A DNA stretch of 59,767 bases, the filler included. It is 4 parts of 4 records of this genome, joined end to end, with 100 filler letters (N's around TTAATTAATTAA, not from the genome) between each part and the next. Parts side by side here need not be neighbours in the genome. Positions count along the whole stretch, not along the records: positions 1 to 12,715 come from SRR22947727_2963; 3 more parts are not named here. The stretch is one strand, 5' to 3'. Both the position numbers and the translations under genes were made by a program. Under the pieces are notes generated by a model. That model was not told where the DNA came from, searched no databases, and saw only the letters and a list, made by a program, of their open reading frames with translations. The first letter of the stretch is position 1. Each line of letters opens with the position of its first letter. Below are positions 1-9,093 of this stretch, piece after piece.

Positions 1-147
1 GAATAAGTATATTAAAGGTGAGACTGCTAAGGTGTTTAGACTACATGAATCTAATTTTATGCCTAAGATATTAGTACCTTAATGAATTGATCCAAGCTTG
101 GTGATGCAATGTGGTCACCTTTTATTTTAACTATTAACACAAACATT

Positions 148-291
148 ATGGACGAAGATAACGATATAGAAAGAGAAGAACTCCGTTGGGAGTACAAGCA
201 GGAAATAAGAAGAGACATCAGTAGACACAGAGGACTCATTGACTTTGATATAGACTACGAAGAAGAGGAAGAAGAAGATAGTGACACATAA
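148..291 (+). CDS. Small, highly acidic phage early protein (47 aa)
   Basis: ATG at 148 after an A/T-rich leader; 21 of 47 residues are D/E; overlaps the next ORF. Confidence 0.6.
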   Translation: MDEDNDIEREELRWEYKQEIRRDISRHRGLIDFDIDYEEEEEEDSDT

Positions 292-490
292 TTACGAGGA
301 CTTTGAATCCTATTTCTTTGCTGACTCTCGACAGTTCTCTTACGAAGTAGCTGAGAAGTTTGATCTCTTTTGGCAGAACAATGAGCTTGGCTATGATAAG
401 AATGGTAAGTTGATCCGAACGGATAGACCAAGGAAGAAACCTAAGCATGAGTTTGACTTCACCAATAAGAACAAGAAAAAAAGAACATGA
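281..490 (+). CDS. Hypothetical phage early protein
   Basis: 69-aa ORF whose stop overlaps the RNAP start (ATGA at 487-490). Confidence 0.65.
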   Translation: MTHNYEDFESYFFADSRQFSYEVAEKFDLFWQNNELGYDKNGKLIRTDRPRKKPKHEFDFTNKNKKKRT

Positions 491-2865
491 GTAGTGAACA
501 CTTAACTGCTTCGATGGTTGAGCTTGGCAAGGCTCGGTACAGGAACGCTAAGAAGTTACGAACACAGAACCAGTTATCATCCGAGACTCCTGCTTATACT
601 AGACTAGCTGATCAGATGCACGAAGGTGTAGCTAATGTAATACAGAAATTCTTTGATGATTGCTCACAAGTACACGCACCTTGTCCTGTTTGGTTACCTT
701 TAGTGTGGGAATTAGAAGCAGATGAAGTAGCTCTGTTGGCAATTAAAAGATCGTTTGATTTACTGGATGGTAACGATATGACCTTTGCTTATGTGTCTTT
801 TGAACTAGCTAAGTCTATAGAGGATGAAGTACGAGTCCGTTACTTTAAAGATTATGTGGACAAGAATACTTGGAAGTTATTGCAAAGGGACAGGAAAAAT
901 GTCCGTAGTAGACAGCAGTATATATCTAAGTTCTGGGATAAAGAAAAGAATTTACATAGTAAGGGCAGGTACGAACGATTTACGCTGTGGACTAAAACAA
1001 ATAAAGCAAAGATTGGTGCTTGGTTGTTAGAGACTATCCGTATGCAAACAAACCTCTTTACTTTGAAGAGTACACTGACCAGGAGGGGATCAACAATTAA
1101 AAAGATAGCACCTAATCCACAGCTACAGGAATGGGTTAGACAATTTGATGAGAACAGTGAGTCACTCCGTCCGTTTTGGTTGGCTACAACTGAAGAACCT
1201 TTGAGGTGGGAGAGTAATTACGGAGGTGGATACATGAGTGATGACTTACCTTGCCTACCAATAATGAAGAAAGCATTTGACTTACGGAACAGAGACTTGA
1301 GTAAGTTGTATGAACCACTTAACCGACTTCAAGAAGTACCGTATCGAATAAACAAGAAGGTACACGATATAATGTTATGGGCTTGGGAAGGGGATGTCTC
1401 TATCGGAGCGATGGAAAAGAGAGACCTGTTACCTGTCCTTGAACCTGTTGAGAATTTAAAACAGACAGACCCTGAAGCATTCACAGCGTGGAAAAGAGAA
1501 GCTAAGTATGTACACGACTGGAACTTAGAGACTAGTGGTAGAAGGATGAGGTCACTACGGATTATGTATGTTGCAAAGTTATACAGTCAGATGGAGAAGT
1601 TTTATTTTCCTGTACAGGTGGACTACAGAGGTAGAGTGTATAGCGTACCATCCTTTGTCAGTCCTCAAAGCTGTGACCTTGGTAGGAGTTGCTTGGAGTT
1701 TTACCGAGGTGTACCAATTAAGTGTGAGGAAGATGCTAAGTGGTTAAAGATACACGGAGCGAATGTATGGGGGAGAAAGGGTACATTTGAGGATCGCATA
1801 GCTTGGGTGGAACAGAACACTAAAGAGATTGTAACGATAGCTGAAGACCCTAGAACCTATAAGCTATGGCAAGACGCATCTGAGCCTTGGGCTTTCCTGG
1901 CTTTTTGTTTTGAATATGCTGAGTATAAGAAGGAGGGATATGGATTTGTTACTCACCTACCTTGTAGGATGGATGCAAGTTGTAACGGTATTCAAATACT
2001 ATCGCTGTTGTTAAAGGACGAGGAGATAGGCAAGCTAACAAACTTAGTACCTGACCTACCACCACAGGATGTATATCAACACATCGCAGATCGAGTGAAC
2101 GATAGCTTACACAAACAAAAGAGTAAGAATAGTTTGGCAGGTGACTGGTTAAAGTGGGGGATAGATAGAAGATACACGAAGAGAATAGTAATGACTAAAC
2201 CTTTTGGTATGAATGGATACACTAGTACCTTTGAGTTGGAGAGTGTGTTTCTAAAAGAGGTAAAGAATGGTAGGAGTAATCCGTTTGGAAAGAGTGAGTA
2301 CTTAGAAGCTTTACTTTACCTGTCCACGATTGTTAACAAGCAAACTAATATCGTGTTAGAGAACCACATCAACTTTATGAAGTGGATCAAAGCACAGGTT
2401 CTTACTTGTCCAGATACTTTAAAGTGGAAGACACCATTCGGAATAGAGATTCAACAACACATCTACGAGACCGTACAGATTGGATTGTTTTCTGTGTTAG
2501 GAATGGAAAAGACCACACTTAACTATCGAAAGAACACAGATAAAGTTGATCCTAAAAGACAAGCTAAAGCAGTGGTTGCCAACTACATACACAGTATCGA
2601 TGCAAGTGTCGTACATTTTTTAGCTTGCAAATCTGATTACGATGTCACAACTATACATGACTGCTTTGCTACGCACAGTACACACGCACCGAAGATGCAC
2701 ACAGATTTAAGAGAGATTTACCACGAGATATTTAATCAAGACCTCACAGGAAAGTTCAAGAGTGAGTTATTGAATCAATCAGGGAACACCGAAGTGACAG
2801 ACAGCTTTGAACTTGGCACATTAGATGTGTCGGCACTAAACGACTGCACTTACATGTTCTCTTAA
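487..2865 (+). CDS. gp1: Single-subunit T7-like DNA-dependent RNA polymerase
   Basis: DYRGRVY, motif A DASCNGIQ, motif B RRYTKRIVMTKPFG, NYIHSIDA, motif C IHDCF, C-terminal YMFS. Confidence 0.97.
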   Translation: MSSEHLTASMVELGKARYRNAKKLRTQNQLSSETPAYTRLADQMHEGVANVIQKFFDDCSQVHAPCPVWLPLVWELEADEVALLAIKRSFDLLDGNDMTFAYVSFELAKSIEDEVRVRYFKDYVDKNTWKLLQRDRKNVRSRQQYISKFWDKEKNLHSKGRYERFTLWTKTNKAKIGAWLLETIRMQTNLFTLKSTLTRRGSTIKKIAPNPQLQEWVRQFDENSESLRPFWLATTEEPLRWESNYGGGYMSDDLPCLPIMKKAFDLRNRDLSKLYEPLNRLQEVPYRINKKVHDIMLWAWEGDVSIGAMEKRDLLPVLEPVENLKQTDPEAFTAWKREAKYVHDWNLETSGRRMRSLRIMYVAKLYSQMEKFYFPVQVDYRGRVYSVPSFVSPQSCDLGRSCLEFYRGVPIKCEEDAKWLKIHGANVWGRKGTFEDRIAWVEQNTKEIVTIAEDPRTYKLWQDASEPWAFLAFCFEYAEYKKEGYGFVTHLPCRMDASCNGIQILSLLLKDEEIGKLTNLVPDLPPQDVYQHIADRVNDSLHKQKSKNSLAGDWLKWGIDRRYTKRIVMTKPFGMNGYTSTFELESVFLKEVKNGRSNPFGKSEYLEALLYLSTIVNKQTNIVLENHINFMKWIKAQVLTCPDTLKWKTPFGIEIQQHIYETVQIGLFSVLGMEKTTLNYRKNTDKVDPKRQAKAVVANYIHSIDASVVHFLACKSDYDVTTIHDCFATHSTHAPKMHTDLREIYHEIFNQDLTGKFKSELLNQSGNTEVTDSFELGTLDVSALNDCTYMFS

Positions 2866-2894
2866 TTAACAAAACACATAGAAGGAGAGATAAG

Positions 2895-3533
2895 ATGGCG
2901 ATTAAAGCTAGAACAAGACACCCACAAACAGTGACACCAGTAGGTACAGCTAAGTATCCATATGTTAACACACCTAACACTAGGTTTAACGATGAAGGTG
3001 AGTACAGTTGTGATATAATAATAACAAAGGAAGAAGCAGATGCTTTGAACTTACAATTCCAACCTTTATTCGATGCTGAATATCAAGCTAAGTTAGAGGA
3101 GTTAGGAAAGAAAAAGTTAAAACTATCTGATGCACCTGTGCGTGAAGATGATGAAGGTAACTGGGTAGTCAAAGCAAAACTAAAGAATGTACTTCCTGGT
3201 ACTTATAAGAACGGTGACCCAAGAGCTGCAAAATCTATTGCTTTGTATGATTCACAAGGTAAACCTTTAAAGGATACATTGGTAAGAGGTGGATCAAAGG
3301 TTAAGTTAGCAGTGCGTCCAAGGTTTTGGTATGTCGCATCGACTGGGTTTGGAATGAGCCTTGATTTGTTAGCAGTCCAAGTCATCGAGTTAGGAGATGG
3401 TGGTCTCAGTGATAAAGCAGCTGAAAGCTTTGGGTTTACTGAAGTTGAAGGCGGCTATGTTAACGGAGGTGAATCACTCGAAAAAGCACTCGATGCCGAA
3501 GAAGAAGAAGACATCATTAAGGCAGACTTTTAG
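2895..3533 (+). CDS. gp2.5: Single-stranded DNA-binding protein (T7 gp2.5-like)
   Basis: TPVGTAKYPYVNTP, GGSKVKL, LLAVQVIEL; acidic tail ending in Phe; GAAGGAG RBS. Confidence 0.92.
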   Translation: MAIKARTRHPQTVTPVGTAKYPYVNTPNTRFNDEGEYSCDIIITKEEADALNLQFQPLFDAEYQAKLEELGKKKLKLSDAPVREDDEGNWVVKAKLKNVLPGTYKNGDPRAAKSIALYDSQGKPLKDTLVRGGSKVKLAVRPRFWYVASTGFGMSLDLLAVQVIELGDGGLSDKAAESFGFTEVEGGYVNGGESLEKALDAEEEEDIIKADF

Positions 3534-3990
3534 GTCGGGCTTTGAAGAGAGAATAGCAAACCAACTTAAAAGGTGTGGGGTCTGCTACTCTTACGAGTCG
3601 TTAGTCATTGAGTACGAGAGACTTAGTACCTATACTCCTGACTTCATCTTACCTAATGGAATCATTATTGAAACTAAAGGTAGGTGGGTCACGGAGGACA
3701 GGTCTAAACATCTGTTAATCAAACAACAACATCCTGATTTAGATATTAGGTTGTTATTTCAAAACGCATACAACAAGATTCGTAAGGGTAGCAAGACTAC
3801 CTATGCCATGTGGTGTGAAAAGAAAGGAATATTATATGCACATAAACAAATACCAAAGTCATGGCTTTCACTAGAACGCATCAGCAGTGTGCAAAGTGTG
3901 GATCGAGTGACGCTCTTGCGGTCAACGATGACGGAAGCACAAAATGTTTCAGCTGTGATTCATACAGTCGAGGCAGACAACAAACTATGA
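3493..3990 (+). CDS. gp3: Endonuclease I / Holliday junction resolvase (T7 gp3-like)
   Basis: FRSGFEE, YTPDFILPNGIIIETKGRW, HPDLDIRLLFQ, SKTTYAMWC. Start moved to ATG 3493. Confidence 0.93.
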   Translation: MPKKKKTSLRQTFRSGFEERIANQLKRCGVCYSYESLVIEYERLSTYTPDFILPNGIIIETKGRWVTEDRSKHLLIKQQHPDLDIRLLFQNAYNKIRKGSKTTYAMWCEKKGILYAHKQIPKSWLSLERISSVQSVDRVTLLRSTMTEAQNVSAVIHTVEADNKL

Positions 3991-5462
3991 CAATACCTAC
4001 AACTAATAACGACACCTCATTTATCACAGGTAAAGCACAGGAGATAGCTAGGAGGAACTTAACTAAGGAGACTTGTCAGAAGTGGGGCTATCAGATTGGT
4101 ACACACAACGGAGAACCAGTTCACATAGCTAACTACAAGAGTAGGAACGGAGCACTTGTCGCACAGAAACTACGATTCGCTAACAAAACTTTCTCAATCA
4201 AAGGAGAGCTGTATGGCTTATACGGACAGCACCTTTGGAGTAGTGGTGGAAGAAGAGTGGTAGTGTGTGAAGGTGAGATTGATGCACTATCTGTAAGCCA
4301 AGCATTCGGTAACAAGTGGGCTGTTGTATCTGTACCTAACGGAGCAGGTGGAGCAAAGAAGTATGTATCACAAGCTATCGATTGGTTGGAGTCCTTTGAG
4401 AAGGTAATCTTCTGCTTTGATAATGATGATCCAGGGAGAGATGGAGCAGCTAAATGTGCTGCACTATTGACACCAGGAAAAGCACACATTGCAGAGTTAC
4501 CTCTTAAAGATGCTAACGATATGTTAGTGGCAAAGCGTAGCGAGGAGTTGGTGACAGCTTTATGGCAAGCTAGAGAGTATAGACCTGATGGGATAGTTAG
4601 TGGTGAGGACATATGGCAAGCAGTGATAAAGGAGGACACCTCTGAATGTCAGCCCTATCCGTATGCTTCACTCAACACTATGACACATGGACTGAGGAGA
4701 GGGGAGTTGGTGACACTTTGTGCTGGATCAGGGATAGGTAAGTCCTTGTTCTGTCGTGAAGTATGTCACCATCTCCTTGGACTTGGAGAGACAGTAGGTT
4801 ATATAGCACTGGAAGAATCAGTCAGACGAACTGCACTTGGTATCATGGGTATCCATCTTAACAAACCGTTACACCTTGAGAATGATTTGAAGGAGGAGGA
4901 GTTACGCAAAGCATTCGATGAGACAATGGGCAACAAGAACTTCTATACCTATGACCACTTCGGAAGTACGGAGAGTGATAACCTATTAAGTAAGATCAAG
5001 TACCTGTGCAAAGGATTAGGATGTAAGTGGATATTCCTTGACCATCTATCTATTGTAGTTAGTGGTATCCAAGGAGATGATGAACGAAGGTTAATTGATA
5101 ACACTATGACACAACTTAGAAGCTTAGTGGAAGAGACAGGATGTGGAATGGTGTTAGTGTCTCACCTTAGAAGACCACCGAATGGTGGAGGACATGAAGA
5201 GGGTGGAGTCACTAGGTTATCAGACTTGAGAGGTAGTCATTCGATACCACAACTCAGTGATATGGTAATAGGATTGGAGAGAAATCAACAAAAAGAAAAC
5301 AATAACGAAACAAAAGTAAGAGTCTTAAAGAATAGATTCTCAGGTGAGACTGGGCTTGCTACTACCTTGTTATATGATCAAGACAGTGGCAGGTACACGG
5401 AAGATGAGAATGTATTCAAAGATAAAACAATAACAATCAACAGCGGAGCGAGTCCGTTTTAA
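3861..5462 (+). CDS. gp4: Primase/helicase (T7 gp4-like)
   Basis: CAKC..CFSC zinc domain, TOPRIM EGEIDALS and FDNDDPG, Walker A AGSGIGKS, FLDHLSI, DLRGS, LKNRFSGETG. Confidence 0.97.
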   Translation: MAFTRTHQQCAKCGSSDALAVNDDGSTKCFSCDSYSRGRQQTMTIPTTNNDTSFITGKAQEIARRNLTKETCQKWGYQIGTHNGEPVHIANYKSRNGALVAQKLRFANKTFSIKGELYGLYGQHLWSSGGRRVVVCEGEIDALSVSQAFGNKWAVVSVPNGAGGAKKYVSQAIDWLESFEKVIFCFDNDDPGRDGAAKCAALLTPGKAHIAELPLKDANDMLVAKRSEELVTALWQAREYRPDGIVSGEDIWQAVIKEDTSECQPYPYASLNTMTHGLRRGELVTLCAGSGIGKSLFCREVCHHLLGLGETVGYIALEESVRRTALGIMGIHLNKPLHLENDLKEEELRKAFDETMGNKNFYTYDHFGSTESDNLLSKIKYLCKGLGCKWIFLDHLSIVVSGIQGDDERRLIDNTMTQLRSLVEETGCGMVLVSHLRRPPNGGGHEEGGVTRLSDLRGSHSIPQLSDMVIGLERNQQKENNNETKVRVLKNRFSGETGLATTLLYDQDSGRYTEDENVFKDKTITINSGASPF

Positions 5463-5466
5463 TAAT

Positions 5467-7341
5467 ATGAAAATACTATTCTTTGATATAGAAACCAACG
5501 GCATTGAGGACTTCACTAATCTGAGTGACCTCAAAGTCTGTCATTGCTTGTCGATCTACGATCCAATAGCAGGTAAGATGATTACCTTTAGTGGTGATGG
5601 GATAAAGGAAGGAACAAGGATGTTAGCAAAAGCTGACAAGATCATCGGACATAACATCGTAGGTTTTGATCTACCTGTGTTAGCTAAGTTGTATGACTTC
5701 TATCCTCCATTAGTTCAAGTACAAGATACACTAGTAATGAGTAGGTGTATATACCCTGACCTTAGAGAGGACGACTTCAAACGAAAGGACTTTGATCCTA
5801 AGATGATTGGTAGTCACAGCTTGAAAGCTTGGGGACACAGGATGGGTAAGATGTTAAAGCTTACTTATGGAGAGAATGAGGATGCTTGGGACAGCTACAA
5901 TGATGAGATGAAGAAGTACTGTGAACGAGATGTCCTTGTTACCAAGACCTTGTACGAACACTTCCTTAGTAAAGAACCTAGTAAGAAGATGGTGGACATA
6001 GAACATTGGTTCGCTTACATCATACGCTTACAGGAAAGCAAAGGGTTTGGGTTTGATATAGCAGCAGCAGAAGTGTTAGAACAAAAGTTGATTCTGTTAA
6101 GAGCAAAGCTACAAGATAAACTACAAGCTATGTTTGAACCTACCGTTAAGAAGATGAAGACTCCGAAGGGATACTCATTAACTGTTGAACGCACGGACGG
6201 AGTCGAAGTAATCAACGCACCTACAAAAGCAAAGTTAAAAGCTATACTAAAAGAAAGAGGTATGGTACAGAACTTAGTTAACAAAGCTGAAGCACTTGAT
6301 GTAAAGGAGGAGATCATACCTTTCAATCCTGGTAGCAGGAAGCAGATCAAAGAACGCTTTGAAGAACTAGGATATGAGATACCTGTCAGTGAAGACGGTA
6401 AGACTATAAAGGTGGATGAACCTACTCTTAAAAAGATAAACCACCCAGCTGCCAAGCTTCTGCTAGAGTATCTGTTAGTCGTAAAAAGACTAGGAGCTTT
6501 GGCTGAAGGCGAGAATGGGTGGCTTAAATTAGTTAAAGATAAGAGACTACACGGACGAGTCAATACAAACGGTGCAGTCACAGGTAGATGTACACATTCC
6601 AAACCTAACTTAGCACAAGTACCTGCCACAAGAGCAGAGTACGGTGAGGAGTGTAGAAGTTTATTCATCCCTCTTAACGGTAATGTATTAGTAGGTGTTG
6701 ACGCTAGTGGGTTAGAGTTAAGAATGCTGGCACACTACCTAGCTATTTGGGATGGTGGTGAGTACGCTAGGAATATATTAGAGGGTGACATCCACACAGT
6801 TAATCAACAAGCTGCTAAGTTAGAGACGAGAGACCAAGCTAAGACATTCATCTATGGATTCTTATATGGTGCAGGTGACGCAAAGATTGGACAGATAGTG
6901 GAAGGTTCAGCAAGAGAAGGAGCAATCTTAAAGAAGAAGTTCCTGTCTAACTTACCTGCGTTAAAGATATTGAAGCTAAAGATAGAGGAGAAAGTCAGAC
7001 GATCTGCTTGTTTAACAGGACTAGATGGTAGAGTATTACCTGTCAGATCAGAACACGCTGCACTTAATATGTTACTTCAATCAGCAGGTGCTGTGGTTAT
7101 GAAGGTAGCACTGATAAAGTTACACAACAAACTACAGCAGTTAGGATGGCAACACGGTAGGGAATATTCTTTTGTTGGTAATATCCACGATGAGTTCCAA
7201 GCTGAAGTTAAACCTGACCTAGCTGAGACATACGGAGAGTTAGCAATCCAAGCAATCCAAGCAGCAGGTAAAGACTTAAAGTTGAACTGTCCTATGGATG
7301 GTGAGTATAAGATAGGCAAGTCATGGGCAGAGACACACTAG
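5467..7341 (+). CDS. gp5: DNA polymerase family A with 3'-5' exonuclease (T7 gp5-like)
   Basis: FDIETNG, GHNIVGFD, DASGLELR, AKTFIYGFLYGAG, IHDEFQ, C-terminal SWAETH. Confidence 0.97.
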   Translation: MKILFFDIETNGIEDFTNLSDLKVCHCLSIYDPIAGKMITFSGDGIKEGTRMLAKADKIIGHNIVGFDLPVLAKLYDFYPPLVQVQDTLVMSRCIYPDLREDDFKRKDFDPKMIGSHSLKAWGHRMGKMLKLTYGENEDAWDSYNDEMKKYCERDVLVTKTLYEHFLSKEPSKKMVDIEHWFAYIIRLQESKGFGFDIAAAEVLEQKLILLRAKLQDKLQAMFEPTVKKMKTPKGYSLTVERTDGVEVINAPTKAKLKAILKERGMVQNLVNKAEALDVKEEIIPFNPGSRKQIKERFEELGYEIPVSEDGKTIKVDEPTLKKINHPAAKLLLEYLLVVKRLGALAEGENGWLKLVKDKRLHGRVNTNGAVTGRCTHSKPNLAQVPATRAEYGEECRSLFIPLNGNVLVGVDASGLELRMLAHYLAIWDGGEYARNILEGDIHTVNQQAAKLETRDQAKTFIYGFLYGAGDAKIGQIVEGSAREGAILKKKFLSNLPALKILKLKIEEKVRRSACLTGLDGRVLPVRSEHAALNMLLQSAGAVVMKVALIKLHNKLQQLGWQHGREYSFVGNIHDEFQAEVKPDLAETYGELAIQAIQAAGKDLKLNCPMDGEYKIGKSWAETH

Positions 7342-7805
7342 AGCTTGAACACGATTACTACTTGAAGGTTGCCGAATTGTACGATACAGTTGACCTAACA
7401 TTTCCTATGCCCTCATCAAACACACAACGAATAGGAGCGATAGCAGAGTCTAGGTTTATAACAGAGTGTTTAGAAAGAAACTTTGAACCGCACCTACCTA
7501 CCACACCCATGCCTTGGGACTTTATTGTTACTTGTCCAGCAGGTACTTTAAAAGTTCAGATCAAAGCTTCAAGCAGGAAGTCATCTGTTAATACATACTG
7601 TATAAATAGTGGGACAGGATGTAAGAGTAAGGATACTATGTGTGAAACAATAGATGTTGTCGGGTGTTATATTATACCTGAGCAAACTTGGTGGATGATA
7701 CCGAGAAAAGAAATAAAAGGAGTAACACTAAAGTTAAACATCCTACCAGATAGTAAATCAAAACATAAAAAATACCAAGAGAACTGGAGCATATTCTATG
7801 AGTAA
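7323..7805 (+). CDS. PD-(D/E)XK endonuclease, putative free-standing homing nuclease
   Basis: GAIAE..WDFIV..KVQIK pattern. The start may be ATG 7407. Confidence 0.7.
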   Translation: MGRDTLELEHDYYLKVAELYDTVDLTFPMPSSNTQRIGAIAESRFITECLERNFEPHLPTTPMPWDFIVTCPAGTLKVQIKASSRKSSVNTYCINSGTGCKSKDTMCETIDVVGCYIIPEQTWWMIPRKEIKGVTLKLNILPDSKSKHKKYQENWSIFYE

Positions 7806-8718
7806 AACAACCATACTAATTGACGCAGATGTATTAGCATTTGAATCGTCAATCATAGCACAAGAAAATATACAATGGGAAGAAGAACTGTGGACTGTAC
7901 ACGCAGACATGACAGTAGCAAAGGAACGAGTCATTGGAAGGATAGAACAATTCAAAGACTTACTCAAAGCCGATGAAGTAGTGTTAGCGTTAAGTGACCG
8001 AGCAAACTTCAGAAGGAAACTATTCCCTGAGTACAAGTCTAACAGAAGGAAGTCAGTGTTACCTGTCATCTTAAAACCTATGAAGGAATGGATGATCAAT
8101 GAACTAGACGCACAACTGTGGGCTAACATAGAAGCAGATGATATATTAAGTATCCTTGCTACTGAGTATCCTAACAGACAAGACAAGCGAATCATAGTTA
8201 GTATAGACAAGGACTTCAAGAGTGTACCAGGAATCTTCTATGATTATAACAGACAAGAATACCACCAACCAACAGAAGAGGAAGCAGATAACTTTCATTT
8301 GATACAGACATTGATGGGAGATACTACAGATGGATTCAGTGGAGTCAAAGGAGTCGGTCCTGTAACAGCACAGAGATGGTTAGATAAACATGGATACACT
8401 TGGGAGTCTGTTGTTGCTTTGTACGAGAAGAATAGACAGACAGAACAGGATGCTTTAACAAATGCTTGGATGGCAAGACTACTAAGAAAAGAACAATACA
8501 ATAAAAAACAAAAACAAATAACAAAATTATGGACACCGAAGAACTACCAAACCACGGACAAAAGGAGAATTACATCACAGGTGCACAGCGTGACAGGGCT
8601 ACTGGACGAGGACGATTCAGCCTTATTCCTCCAATCGCCCTTCGATCCCTTGCCAAACGATTTGAAGACGGAGGAAGACTCTACGGAGACAACAACTGGC
8701 ACAACGGATTCCCATTAA
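7798..8718 (+). CDS. gp6: 5'-3' exonuclease (T7 gp6-like)
   Basis: LIDADVL, YKSNR, EADD, SIDKDF, GDTTDGFSGVKGVG. Confidence 0.93.
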   Translation: MSKTTILIDADVLAFESSIIAQENIQWEEELWTVHADMTVAKERVIGRIEQFKDLLKADEVVLALSDRANFRRKLFPEYKSNRRKSVLPVILKPMKEWMINELDAQLWANIEADDILSILATEYPNRQDKRIIVSIDKDFKSVPGIFYDYNRQEYHQPTEEEADNFHLIQTLMGDTTDGFSGVKGVGPVTAQRWLDKHGYTWESVVALYEKNRQTEQDALTNAWMARLLRKEQYNKKQKQITKLWTPKNYQTTDKRRITSQVHSVTGLLDEDDSALFLQSPFDPLPNDLKTEEDSTETTTGTTDSH

Positions 8719-8894
8719 GTAGGTTAATAGATAGTATGAATAGGCATCTGTTAGCGTTGAACGAAGGAGATGACAAGGAAGATCACGCAGGTGCTATACT
8801 GTGGAATGCCAGTGCTTTCCTGTGGACCGAGGATCAAATTAATAAAGGTAACTTACCTCAAGAACTAGATGACAGGAGTTATATAAACAAATGA
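8529..8894 (+). CDS. dATP/dGTP diphosphohydrolase-domain protein (DUF5664-like)
   Basis: TGAQRD..GRFSLIP..GGRLYGDNNWHNG..SMNRHL..EDHAGAILWNA. Confidence 0.8.
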   Translation: MDTEELPNHGQKENYITGAQRDRATGRGRFSLIPPIALRSLAKRFEDGGRLYGDNNWHNGFPLSRLIDSMNRHLLALNEGDDKEDHAGAILWNASAFLWTEDQINKGNLPQELDDRSYINK

Positions 8895-9091
8895 ATAACG
8901 AAGAAGAACTACTACCAGCTATAAGTGAAACTTTAGTTAAAAGATTAGAGAAACTATTTCCTGATAAATGTCCTGACTTGACGAACACAGAAAAAGATGT
9001 TTGGTTTAAAAGTGGACAAGTGTCTGTAATTAGATTTCTAAGACAAACTTATAACGAACAGCTTCAACAAAACATTTTAACAAAAGACTAA
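8891..9091 (+). CDS. Small hypothetical podophage protein
   Basis: 66-aa ORF coupled by ATGA to the upstream gene; LEKLFPDKCP..GQVSVIRFL. Confidence 0.75.
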   Translation: MNNEEELLPAISETLVKRLEKLFPDKCPDLTNTEKDVWFKSGQVSVIRFLRQTYNEQLQQNILTKD

Positions 9092-9093
9092 CT

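Noticed and set aside
100-128. GGTGAT..GTCACC hairpin plus T run as a phage early terminator
   Set aside because: The stem is short and imperfect, too weak to call.
4133-8536. Minus-strand ORFs in the phage (4133-4639, 6015-6668, 7758-8219 and others)
   Set aside because: They are antisense shadows of well-supported genes and show no recognisable motifs.
8529-8894. Z-genome (2-aminoadenine) system
   Set aside because: No purZ or datZ is visible, and the polymerase is a canonical T7-like PolA.
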